Below, one piece after another: positions 26,101 to 39,391 of a stretch of DNA of 59,910 nucleotides. The number at the start of each line of letters is the position of its first letter. The first letter of the stretch is position 1. The notes under the pieces are model-generated. The model saw nothing but the letters and a program-made list of their open reading frames with translations. It was not told the origin of the DNA and did no database searches. Source of the stretch: Hydrurus foetidus (taxonomy: Eukaryota); NCBI GenBank assembly GCA_900617105.1, contig UYFQ01000561.1, positions 62,001 through 121,910 of the forward strand, written 5' to 3'. A program made the translations under genes and the position numbers.

Positions 26101-26457
26101 ATGTCAATTTCGCCATCTGTCACTTCATCTCTGAGTTGTTGTAAAGCGCGATTGAACGACCGTCCTGGCGATCAGCTCATACAAACAAGAGTTTTCATGG
26201 AACAAATTATGCAGCAGCAGCTAAATCCGCTATGATGAGTTTGTTACCCTTTCGCGAGCAGTCAGTTTTCCTCGTTTGTGCTGAGCATCGATACGCTTTT
26301 CACCTCCTCCAAGCTCTGCTGCTGCACGTGCATTTTCCAACTTCTTCTTGAATGCTCCCTTCAAAGTTATTGCTGAGACTGGCTCGGTAATGGTGGAGAA
26401 CGGTTTGCATAAGGCGCCGAACCTCACGTTATGTCGACTGAGGCGGCGCATACTCAT
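20136..26457 (-). CDS. PCCB: Propionyl-CoA carboxylase beta chain, mitochondrial, about 14 exons
   Basis: Exon peptides in order: [169 protein letters not shown]. Arg-rich transit peptide [12 protein letters not shown]. Confidence 0.96.
20500..20910 (+). repeat. Compound pentanucleotide satellite (ACTGT/ATCAC/ATCGC) in the last PCCB intron
   Basis: Repeating cactgtatcacat units of 15-20 bp built from 5-mers. Confidence 0.95.
24259..24384. mobile_element. Small degenerate MITE in a PCCB intron
   Basis: 16-bp inverted termini atggactggacgcttc / gaagcatccagtctat (2 mismatches), with weaker inner symmetry. Confidence 0.5.
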
Positions 26458-27176
26458 CAGAACACAGCTTTTTTTGAATGCTTTTCAAAGTGACTTAATA
26501 CAGAGAAGACTCAAGAAGATAGTCAATTTTATCTCAGAGGCCGCTCCACAACTCGAACTGTGATCACAATATCACACTCGAGCAATTTCTAATCGACCTC
26601 AACTTACTCAAGGATTGATGGGAAACACTTCATTCGTAATTTCCTAGAAAAACTCATCCATAGCAGTAACATCGAAGAAAGTTCAACAACAACACCGTTG
26701 AAATATTGAAATTTACTTTTTTAAGATTTTTTTCTGAAAATCTTATTTAATTTTTAAATTTCTTATATTTCATTTCTAGAGTATATCTTAGGTAGACGTT
26801 CTTATCTAGTTTAGAGAAGGTTATTGATAAGTTTACAGTACAAAGCATCCAATGATTCTGAAACAATCTAATCCATGTTCTCGAATTTTGACCGAATCAA
26901 AGCCTGAAACTGAGACATGGAACAAATTTTTTGCTGTTTGTGTAATTTGGTTCTAACTGGTGGAGGTATTTTGGGGATGCCTTCTCCTACTCGCTGGGCC
27001 AGAAACAGACTCGACATGTTTAAGTCGTGGAGATGACAAACCATGATTGTTCCTGATTAATTTTCACTCGAAGAGTCGAATTATAGATGTCTAAACGTAT
27101 TTCGAATGTTCTATAAACTCCAAACCGTACAAATCACCTTTAAAAGACGGTTACTTGTTCATTTTCGTGATTTTGA

Positions 27177-30100
27177 ATGTACAAACCAATAAATGAAGCA
27201 CTCTCTGGCATCATTTCATTTGGAGTCTCTGCGCTCTGCGTGGCAACTGCCCTCATTATCTGTCGTTATATCTCTGACCTGGATTATCTCTTCCTGCTAC
27301 GGTTCTCAGTAGGTTTCACGAAGGCTGGAAGTGGTAAACTATTTACAGATTGGAAATCTACTTATTTCTAGACCACAGCGCGAGAGAGCTGTTCTCTTCG
27401 GACAAAGCTAAATTTTGACGATTTCTTGATTTTGCGAGTCATTCGCGACGACGCTAAGGGTTGTACAGCGCAGTTTATCGACTTCGCGATCGTCCTAAGC
27501 AAAGGCAGCTAGTGAGCATCGGTCTACATAGGACACTCGTGGATATCCCCAAAGTTGTTATGTTCGCTGGTTACGTTAACAAACGGAATGCGCCTATGTC
27601 TCCTCCACCGATGCAGGTTGCGAAGATTGCCAACCAACATGACTGTCACTGCTGTATTGTTATTCTGCAGAGCAATCTACATCTTCCTAGTCCCAAATTC
27701 CGCAAACGAAATTGATGTTACACATTTGAAAATTCATTTCCTTCATGCTTACGTCCTGAAGCGGTGCATATACGACATAAAAGGACAATGATATTAATTA
27801 TAGCTATTGTCTTGTTGACTTATTATAAAGATAGATCGTTGTACTACAGCTTCAATATTAGAATATCAATATTACATGGCAAAAACAAGAGACTTATAGC
27901 TGAAAATCACTATCAAAATACAGAGGGTGTACAGTGTTTTATGGGGCACACTGCTACTCGATTTCGAGAGTGAAGAGGAGTCGAAGACATCTCTCACTCC
28001 GAGACAGACATCTGAGGTGTTAGGAATTTCGGAATGGGACGGACAGGGCAGAGGGAGTAATTCTTATCCAAACGGCCTACTACTTGTCACACATACAGGT
28101 ACCAATTTACAGTTTATTTGTTAATTGTATGCTGTGACGTATTTCTAGGATCCGTATTAATTTTCTGTTTTATTCTGCGGAACATTCTTTGTACTTAGTC
28201 ATGTGTGTGAGTTGAAAGATTGAATTAATTATCAGTAATGAGAACGATAGGAACAAAATGTCTTCTCACAGCACACAATAATTCAAGAATTAGATCTTAT
28301 TAGATTTCACGTCTATCTCTGTAAATATTTATTTTTGTAACATTTTAATTTTTTTCCTTTTTATCTATGAGGCTGTTGACTGACTGTAGAATATTCCACA
28401 TGTGGGCAATATTTGACATTTGCCTGCATGAGATTTTGCTGAAATATATGCAGTGCATTGCAGTACAGAAAGCGCATTTGTGTGATAAAACACAGTACCG
28501 AATTGTATGAAATAGCGTGAGCGCTCAATAGTGTAGAAGACAAGTAAACAGCATGATAAAACGCAATGATAACTTAGCCAGACAGTAAACGTACTTGTAT
28601 TCCAATACACTAAAAAACACGCACATACTATATGTACAGGTGCAACGTACTATTTGTCAACGCTTAATAAGAGAGACAGGGAAGAATGGGTTTTACACAT
28701 AAAGAGGGCTCTTGAGTGCCATTTCGCAAACCCGGAAATCCTTCCTTTCAAACCTTCAAAAATTCTACTGAATCGCCCACATACGTCATCAAATATGCAC
28801 TGCCCCAGAACGAAGAATATTCTGACTTCTTCAGCAGTGTTCTGTCGATCATGCGGAAGGGGCTTTTCTTCTCTTGATTGTGTGGGAGAAAGTTCGACTA
28901 TATTACAGTTAGGGGTGGAGGAGTTGGAAAAAGTCTGCCACGACTGTAAATCGACACAAGTGTACGTTATTTGGTTCAAAACGCTCACGTACTTACACGC
29001 AATGACATTGCATGAGCTAAGTCCCGAGATCGGAAAAGACATAGGGAGGTACAAAGCGTCTTTCAAGTTGAGGAGGAGGGAATCTGTGAGATTGGAAATG
29101 GCAGCACAGCTGTTAGAGGAGGTAAGTAAATGTAATTGAATGATATGATGTAATGTGATATAGTGATGTAATGTAATGTGATATGATATGGTGTGATATG
29201 ATGTATTTGAATTTAATTTTATTTAATTTATGATTCATATGAATTATTTATTTGTTCATTTTCGCATTTTTGATGATATGTCTCAGGGTAGATGCATTTC
29301 ATTGATAAGTGTCGGTGTTGGTGTTGGTGTGAGTGTTGTTTGACAACACACTAACACTAACACTAACTCTCATCAAGATGATATTTACGTGTCTGTGCAT
29401 ATTCCTATGAGAAACAAATTGCTTACGTATTTACTTATTAATTCATTCATTTATATGTTATCATTTATAGTACTGTATATAAAGCTCTTTATTTCTTTTC
29501 TCTGCATAACACATGCTTCAGAAATGAAAATTATTCTGTCTGAAAAATCCTAATGGAAGTATTTCAATTAATAAAATCCTGATAACACGAAAGCAGTCAA
29601 CACTCTGACCTACTTTACAACTTATGATTTCATTTCATGAACACTTTTTTCATCTATATTTTATTTTGTTTTGTTTTGTTTTGTTTTGTTTTGTTTTGTT
29701 TTGTTTTTCAGGGTTCAATAAGTTCCGAAGAATTCGAAGAGTTACGGAAAGTTGATTACGAATATAGGCGAGAAACCGTAATGGACGAAAGCGAGAAATT
29801 AAAATTAGCTCTCGACTTTCTCGGTGATAACTCGTATATTTCGTATTTCGTATTTGCGCTGTTTCGTTATTTTCTCCAGCACTATGATGTTATCGAAGAA
29901 TTGTATCACTAACAACAACAGAGTTCTGCAATACTCCCCCTATTTTTATTTAAAGTATTGTGTCTTTTTTGCTGCTATTTCCTTATTTTAGGTGACGATT
30001 TACCGACAATATTCAGTCTACTCATGAATCCTGCGGCCACAGAAACAGGTAAACATGGAGATAAATTAGCCTATTCACATTGAAGGCTCCTTTTTTTCCT

Positions 30101-32853
30101 CCTCCTTATTTCTCTCCTCTACTCTTCACTCCTCTCTCTCCCCCCCTCTTCTCCTCCTCTCCCGTCTTCCTCTCCTCCTCTCACCCTTCTCCTCTCACCC
30201 TTCCTCTCCTCTCCTCTTAGGTGGCCGCATGCCATACTACCAAATAATCTTAAAAGTTCTCGAAATAGCTGATCGTAGCCCGGAACTCATAGATTTCTAT
30301 TGGCCCCAAATAATACACATACACACTCTTGAGAGCGCACACAGATCGCCTTCTTCTCTCATGAAATTAGGTACGACATTCACTGTTTGTAGTGAATTCA
30401 TTATTTTAAGTGCGCTTTTTCATGCACTATTTTCGAATTCAGAATTTTTATTTCACTTTTGTCATCCTCTTTTTTTACTTCTTTGTACGAGGCACGTTTT
30501 TCCCTATAGAATTCTACAACACTCACAGCAATGGACTTTTCACCCGGCGTTTTTTTGTTTTTTCTATTTTTCAATCTAGTACCGCTTTACCACTTTTTGC
30601 TCTCTTTGAAACTCTCAATCTGTTTTAATAAATTCTGACTTGATAAATTGCATTTATTTATTTTTGAACAATTTGCTTCAGTGTATGCAAGTCCTAATTA
30701 AAATCAAAATAATAACCACCAAATCAATTTAATCAATAATTTTTTTCGCTTCAACTTTAGCTTCTTTACTTCAATGTCTTACTTTTGTTACTTTTTGATA
30801 CTTTTTCAATTTTTTTTCAGATTTATTACAGCAGGCGATGTTGGTGATGTGTCAAAAATACCCCGCCTTGGCTCTCAAGTTGTCTTGGTCCTTGTTCGCC
30901 AACATGGCTGACTATACTGAAAAGAAACTAACACAAGTGCAAGTAGCTGCGAGTGTTTGTCTTTTGATGCAGCTTGAATTGGCGATTACTGGTAAGTGAG
31001 TACGTACGTACATGTACATGCGTCGTGTAAAAGCGCTATCGTTGATGTATCTTTTATTTTCCGTATCTTGTGCTCTTTTTTCTTATACAACGGTCATCAA
31101 GTCTTGTTTGAACCGTTTCGACAATCCTCACATGTTCCCTTTCTGTTCTGTCTATCCTATCATTTTATTTCATTCTATTTTATCTATCATTTTAACCAGG
31201 TAATGTCTCGACCGTGGCTGACGTATCAACTTACGGCTCATTCCTGTTAGCCAACATATCTCACGGTGCCGACCATCAACTGCAAGAACTAGGTGTGTGA
31301 ATGCAGTACTAAATAGTCTGTCTTTACCGTTTGTCAGTGACTGAGTTCTGAGGAAATAGGCGTCTGAGTATTGGTATTTGAGTACGCATCTCATATGCAA
31401 CACGAGCAAATGTTCGCCCCTACTCATTTGCATTTTTTTTCACTCTTACACTTTATTGTTAGCATCGGAAATTGGAACATTGTTTTTAGTAAGAAGAAGA
31501 TTACAAGAAATGTACGATGAGGAAGAGGTTCAAAGGAGAATTAGAAATGAAAGAAACAGATGTGAATCAACAGAAAATTCTTCAAAAAATGAGGTACGCT
31601 TTCGTCGCTTTTTATTCAATGCATCATTTGTTTTTATTTTTGCATTCAATTCTAACGCACCTCATCAACTCTCTTCGATTTCAATTATTCACCGATTTTC
31701 GATGGTTTCCGTGTAGGCGGATTTCGGTTCTACCGAGCCAGACGAACATGCCCACTTTCTCGAAATAAACGAAAATGCAGAAATCACGGAAATCACAGAA
31801 AGTACGGATGTGAAAAGGAATTCTGTTTCACATTTGGATAAGAGTGATGTGAACGGTGTTGATAATTCATCATTCCAACCTACTCTCGAGACTAAGACTG
31901 AGGGCAGTGCAATCATCGATTTAAATTCAAATCTAAATTCAAATTCAGTGAATGCAAATAAGAGTAAGACAGACGGACACACGCACATTCCAGAGCTTAG
32001 TCCAAGTTCCACTGTCTCTTTGGCCTTACAGCACCCACAAGAAATCAACTCAGCGCCCAGCTGCCTATCTCTTCTGCACAAATTATGCGTAGGGCCGGCT
32101 AATTCTAACCGTGTTAGCCGTAAGGTAGAGAAGGAGGTAGTGCTGAATAAAAACACCACAAGAATAAATGAAAATATTTCGAGTAATGGGAGTGTTAACA
32201 AAGAAAAATTCAAAAATGAAAGTGGCACTGAGAGAAGTGATGTGGAGAAAAGAAATGAAGAAAAAGAACACGAAAACGTATTACCGAAATTGGATGGAAA
32301 AAAAATGAAAATGATTGAGGTCCAGAAGGAGGAATTAAAAGATGAATTAAGTGTGTCTGTCAATACAGCCAGTCTCAGCAGTGACTCCATCGAAATATCT
32401 TTTTCTCACACTCAAATGGAGTTGGAATCAGAGGGAAGTAGCAGCAAAAGTGTGAAATCAGCATCTAATCATATCCCAGATGATTGCAGCGATATTCACG
32501 AAAATAGAGATCAACCTCCTGTATCGGATTGCGAAATTTCTCAAAAAATTGGATTTATAAAACAATTAGAGTTTATTCACAAATTAACGGATTTGGTCGA
32601 GAAATTGCGATTTGTTGACAGACCCCTAAGGGGAGATGCGTTGATAAAAGGCCTGAAGAAATTAAATGAAAAAACATCAGAATTAGGTAAGATCTGATTC
32701 ATATGTTTTAATATAGCGCGACATTGTGTGCATGTTTATTTGTATTTGTAACTGCATTTTTATTTATGTGTAATTGATTGGTGAACTCCATTTTTTTTTT
32801 GAAATAAATATGTGCCTCGTACTCTGACAATTATGCTGATTATTTATCTATCC

Positions 32854-32951
<98 letters not shown>

Positions 32952-33040
32952 TTATCTATCTATCTATTTATCAATCTATTTATCTATCTACCTACCTACC
33001 TATCTATCTATCTACCTATGTATCTATCTATTTATCTATG

Positions 33041-33071
<31 letters not shown>

Positions 33072-33075
33072 GTAT

Positions 33076-33116
<41 letters not shown>

Positions 33117-33220
33117 CATCTATTTATCTATCTATCTACCTACCTACCTATCTATCTATCTATCTATCTATTTATCTATGTATCTATCTATCTATCTATC
33201 TATCTATGTATTTATCTATG

Positions 33221-33267
<47 letters not shown>

Positions 33268-33285
33268 GCTATCTATCTATCTATG

Positions 33286-33328
<43 letters not shown>

Positions 33329-36300
33329 TTATCTATCTATGTATCTATGTATTTATCTATCTATCTATCTATCTATCAACCTACCTATCTATTTATCTAT
33401 CTATGTATCTATCTATCTATGTATTTATCTATCTATCTATATATCTATCTATCTATCTATCTATCTATGTATCTATCTATCTATGTATCTATCTATCTAT
33501 GTATTTATCTATCTATTGATCTTTTTACCCTGCCTCTAGTCATTACTTCACACATTCAATCACTCTCATTACCACTCTCCCTACCACTCTCACTCTCACT
33601 CTCAATCTCCCTACCACCCACTTGCACACGCATTCGCATTCGCACACACACACATTTACACACACACGTGCACTCGCATTATCTTCTCCATATCTGACAC
33701 ACACTCACACACGCTGACACATACATACACATGTACGTGCGTGCGCACTACCCTGTACGTTCCGTACGCACAGGTTGGGATCCTACTACAATAGCTGGTG
33801 AACCGGGTTACCGTATAATCCGAATAATAGTAGAGGAGTGTCGTGTTTTTCGCACTAAAGCCCGAGCCCCTTCTCTGATAGTTTGCGAAGTGTTACGGGA
33901 AGATTTGTTTTTGGATGTGACAAAAAGTAATGTGAAAGATGAAAATAAGAATAAAAATAACAGATATTGCGATTTACAAAATGATAATAATAATAAAAGC
34001 AATAATGAAAACAATACGAGTGATAAAGCTAATAGTAAATTTGATAAATATGCGATTAAAAATGAGGACGATAAGAATTCATTGCGAGTTAGTCCTCGTA
34101 GATCTCCCTGCAAAATTCCTCACACTGGAACAAATTTGAATTTAAGTAGTGACAGTAATGATATCATTAAGTACAATAGTGAAAATAACAACAACAATAA
34201 TAACAGCAATTATGAAAATAGAAGTAAACATAAAATGGATGATGGTGTGAATAATTTGGTAGACCAGTCTATCACAGCAGCCCTGGCAACTATGAATCTC
34301 AACGACTTGAAAATTGACATTAAAACGAAATCTTCCGCACTGAAAAATAAAAGTAATCCGACATCTCCACCCACTATTTCGACACGGAAAACTTTTGACG
34401 GAAAAGAATGCGTTGGTTTTCCCCAAAATCGCGCTCTTTCCGTAGATGATTTTCGTATTACCGAAGATGCAAATTCATTTTCTCCTTCTTTTTCTCGCGA
34501 AGCTGAATCAGCTTTGCGCAGTGATAATGATGGAAATGAAATTAGCAGCGAAATTAACGGAATCCAAAGTTATCACGTATTCAGTACAGGTGAAATTGAT
34601 AGCAGCGCTGTCCATGTCGATAAAAATATCATCAGCGAAAAAAGAGAAATCAGTGAAAACAGTGAAAATGTCGTGAATTCACGAAATAATGGTGCCGTAC
34701 ACGAAAACGAAAGCATCAAAAGGAAAAATGTCACCGAATTAAATACCAAAAACGAAATAGCATTAGATGATGGTGTGTCGCCATATTCTACACACACTCA
34801 GAAGTCATTGTCGAAAAAGAATTTTTCCTCTTCTCTACTTTCAGCGAACAGAAAATCGATTTATAATTTCCAGACAATTCTTACTTCTGCTTCGACTGAT
34901 GACTTTAGTTTGATGACGAAATGCGAGCAAACGTCCGATATATTTGAAAAAACAAACAAACTGACAAGGCGAAATCACGCAGTCACGAGTCACAATAGCA
35001 GCAACAATGCCAGCAGCAACGATTCTTGTTACAATGGTCACAACAGCAATGGATGTAATAGCGACAACACTTCTAATAACAATGATAACAGTGCTAAAAA
35101 TAGAGATAAAAATATTAAACATGAATATGCCAATACGGGTGATAAATCTGGAATCAAATACCCAGGGTCTCCTCGTCTACTGCCTCCTCCTTTCTCTCCG
35201 CGCGACAGAAAAGAGAAAATCACAATGAACGGAAATGAAGAAGTATCCGTGCGCAGCATTCCTAAGAAATCTGAAATTTCGCATACTTCTTCGCAGGATA
35301 TTCCTAAGAACGTTCCAGAGAATGTTCCTGAGAATGTTCTTAATGGTATTATTTCCAATAATATTGTGTTATCTCAATCACATGAACGTACGTTTGATAG
35401 TATTACAGCTGCGGGTGATTTTATGGAAATCGAAAAGGACTTATCCGATTCAGACGATAGCAGTGACGGAGAGAATGCCATTGAAAAAATGAAACAATAT
35501 TACGATATTTCTTATTCGAAGAGTGAGAGAGAAGAGAGAGAAGAAAAGGAAGAAAGAGAAGAGATTGACAGTCACGCACTAAATGGTAAATTCAATAACA
35601 GTGACAATGGTAATTACGGCAGTAGTAATAGTTTAAATGACGATGAAATAAAATCTTCTCAAAATAAAAAAGATAAAATCACAATTGATACTAGTCACTC
35701 TCGTCCCACCACTCCTCACTTCGTCCCTACGTACGTTTCCTCCGATGATGTTTTTCGCATTGCGTCTGCACTGTGTCCTAAAAACGTAACAATTCAAGCA
35801 TGCAAAAAATTGTACGAAGAAAATTGTATTATAAAAGACGAATACGAAAAACTGTGTCGTACAGAAATTAATTTTTTGGAAGAAAAAACTCGTTCGGAAG
35901 CTATTGCCGCTACTTCACGGTTACGGCTTATTTTCGGTGAATCCTGGAGTGACAAGAAAAACCGCATTTTAGGCATGAATAACGGTTATTCTCAAGGGAG
36001 ACATCGTTCACCGATTCACTCGAATATTGGTAATAACAAAAATAGCACCGTACCAATTGTAACGAATAATGAAATAATTATAAATACGAATATTAATGCA
36101 AATTTAAGTACGAATACGAATATTAATACGAATACAAATATTGACAACAACAACAAAGTACTCAGCGACTCTATCACTAAAAACGGAGGCATAAGCATTG
36201 AAAGTAACAATACACCACATTACAATCTACTCGCATCAACATACAGTGACGATGAGAGCGATGGCGATGAAGACGATTACTGGCCCGAAAGAAATGTAAT

Positions 36301-37728
36301 ATCTTTCATAGTGAAGAGCAATGACGATTTGAGACAAGAAGTTTGCTGCCTCCAACTAATGCAGATCTGCGATGAAATTTTCACTGACTATGATTTGAAA
36401 AATCAGTTGTACTTACGTCCGTACCGCATCGTGAGTACAGGAAATAGTACGGGATTAGTGCAAGTGTTATCTGATACACTGTCATTAGACGCATTGAAAA
36501 AAACGATCGGTTTTACTTCCCTCCCCAATTATTTCAAAAAAACATTTGGCACTTCATCAGAAAGATTAATTGCCGCAAAAAGAAATTTTGCCTCAAGCTT
36601 AGCTGGCTACTCTTTATTCTGCTATATTTTACAAATAAAAGACAGACACAATGGAAATCTACTAATCGACCAAGAAGGGCATATCATTCACATCGATTTT
36701 GGATTCATGCTGTCGATCGCTCCAGGTCTGTGTATTTATATTTTATATTTATATTACATCATTTACTTTTTTATACCGTACTTTTTCCTCCTCTTTTTAC
36801 ACATTTGTTGATTATTACCATTGTTACCGGTGTCATTTTGACAAAATATGTTACTCTCATCGCTATACTTACAATCATCGTCATCATCATCATCATCATC
36901 GCCATCATCATCATCATTATCATCATCATTATCATCATCATTATCATCATTTTGCCTACATGTACAATTGTCATCATTATTTTTTGCACTATTATTGCTA
37001 AGTTCATTACTGTAAGTACAATTATTATCGGCAACACTATTGTTACCATGGCATCTATGTAACGTAATTGTGGTGCTTGTTGTGCTTGCATTCATCGGCA
37101 TGTAGCCGTGTATTGAGGGACTTACTTGGTTGACTAAATATATAAAACAGTGTATTGCCATAGTCATAAAAGAGGATATGTTTTATGTAAGTACCTACCG
37201 AGCCTAGGATAGTACGTGCACGTACAATGCTGTAAATATCTCAATATACTACTCTACTTATCATCACATGCACTCACTTTTTATCGCACAGCAACATTAC
37301 GAATCTGACAATATCACCTCGTATTTATTTTTTATTTGATGTTATTCCGCAAATTAGGTGGCTCGTTCAGTCTAGAATCGGCACCGTTTAAGCTGACTGA
37401 AGAAATGGTAGAGGTGCTGGGCGGATTAGAATCCGTGTTATTCGGATTATTCGTAAAAGCATTCACTTCCGGATTTCTCGCCTTGAGAACAAACATTGAG
37501 AACATTATTTCAAATTTAAAACTTCTCGCAATAAATTCTCCGTTTCCGTGTTTTAGCGGCAAAGATTCTGTGTTGATTCTAGAGAAATTGCGGGGGAGAT
37601 TTAGATGCGATTTAAGTTTAAAAGATACAGTCGAGCATTGTTTAGATTTGATAATCGCCAGTTACGGACATTACGGCACCAAGCAATACGACTCCTTTCA
37701 GTGGTATACTAACGGTATTATGCCTTGA
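27177..37728 (+). CDS. Phosphatidylinositol 4-kinase (type III beta-like) with N-terminal PH and FYVE-like domains; multi-exon
   Basis: Kinase motifs VFRTKARAPSLIVCEV, FGESW, IVKSNDDLRQE, KDRHNGNLLID, HIDFGF, ESAPFKLT and YDSFQWYTNGI*. PIK helical region DFYWPQ...LKLSWSL. PH-like exons (FAGYVNKR ... YYLSTLNKRDREEWVLHIK) and Cys clusters CRSCGRGF ... VCHDC. The first exon (27177 onward, hydrophobic helix) is less certain than the rest. Confidence 0.9.
32843..33516 (+). repeat. (TATC)n microsatellite of ~670 bp in a PI4K intron
   Basis: Continuous TATC array with TATG, TATT and TACC variants. Confidence 0.98.
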
Positions 37729-38293
37729 TTACGAAGTCCGCTCGAAATAAGCCTATTTTTGATAATTTCTGCTGCATTGAGTTTTGAATACTTTCCACTT
37801 TCTTACTTTTCACTGACTAGTGCATTGTTCCTGGACAAGAATAACAATAATTTAGTACGTATGTATCTTTTTCGGCTTTTGTTCCTTTTCTACATTTTCG
37901 AAAATAGTCGGGTTAGCCAAGTCGCTGCGCGCTTTTACATTTGATAATTCGATGGAGATACGGCTGTCCAAACGATGAGTCTAACAACACTATGATTTTT
38001 GAGAAGTCGTGATCGTCCCTTTCGAAAATAATCCGAAAGACGTGATATTTCATACCAAAATTTCATATTTTCACTGCGCCAGCATGGACCAAGAGGATGA
38101 GCTGATAGTTCACGCTTCATGTCACATTCCGAATTAAGAACTCATCATGCTAGAGGCACTTTTACTGTGAATATCCATGCATCACTCTGCCTCATCTTTC
38201 ATGTTCAATACTGAACAGATTTAATTTGGCATATGCATTTTTTTTCGAACAAAATTTCAAAAAAGAATCAGTCAACCTCTTCAACTATATATA

Positions 38294-38746
38294 CCGTCGA
38301 GTGCCTATTCTTTTGCCATTTTGAAGTGAGAATAGGATTTTGACAACTGTCAGAATCACGGAAATTTTGACACGGTAATTGCCAACGGGAACTGCGAACA
38401 CCTCGGACATAGAATTTCACGCAAATGTGATAGTGGATTCGGAAAGAGCATAGTTATTTTAGTTAGACTGCCTATTCAGTTTTCAATCTGCGCCGCCCAA
38501 AATCGAGAAATTTCGATCGCAAGGGAGCGAAAGAACATTTTGGATAGCGATTTGCAGCCGATCTGCTCATCGTAGGTGCATGACCGTCATATATCAAAAG
38601 TTGCGAATAACTTCAGGCAACACCAGACACATCTCATCGGGGTTCCCGCTCCTCTAGTTGTCGCGAAATTGCTGGAAAACAGCCAAAAATCCCCGAAATT
38701 CCGAATACCGGAAATCGAAAATGGCAAAAGATTAGGCACTCGACGG
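38294..38746. mobile_element. Tc1/mariner(pogo)-type MITE with TA target-site duplication
   Basis: TA|CCGTCGAGTGCCTATTCTTTTGCCATTTT ... AAAATGGCAAAAGATTAGGCACTCGACGG|TA: ~29-bp terminal inverted repeats with one mismatch, flanked by TA. No convincing coding content. Confidence 0.9.
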
Positions 38747-38834
38747 TACTTCCAATAAATTCCAAAAAGAAGCATTACTGCACAATAAAACACAAACTAA
38801 TTAATTTCTCTTAATTAGGAAGAGAGAAAAAAGA

Positions 38835-38989
<155 letters not shown>

Positions 38990-39391
38990 GGAAAAAGATT
39001 GAAAGAATAGGAGGGAGAAAGAATAAGTAGACATTGTAGCTACTCTAGGTGGGCCTGAAGCAGGAAATGTTACTCAATTAAATCAAATTAATCAAGACAC
39101 TTTACTTCAGTGATTTAACTTGATTTTAAGTTGATAAATTGAAAACTTAGTGTCTCAAGAAAAAAATAAGCAGTATGTATCGACAAATCCACACAACAAC
39201 ATCGCACTATCATCAAAAAATTTCATGAACCAAAAAGATTTTTCTCTGAGCTTTTAGTCAACGTTGTCAAGAACGCAAATTAAGATCTCACTACATTATA
39301 CGCTGAGCACATTATTATTTATCACTTCAGTCATCGCTTTAATTTGTATTCGAATAATTTGAATAATTCGTATCTTTATTGACGGGCGTTT

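Noticed and set aside
31689..32390. 233-aa minus-strand ORF
   Set aside because: Antisense shadow of a PI4K coding exon.
32812..33697. Three overlapping ORFs of YLSI repeats
   Set aside because: Translation of the intronic (TATC)n microsatellite.
36699..37167. Poly-His, poly-Ile, poly-Asp and poly-Met ORFs
   Set aside because: (ATC)n repeat in the last PI4K intron.
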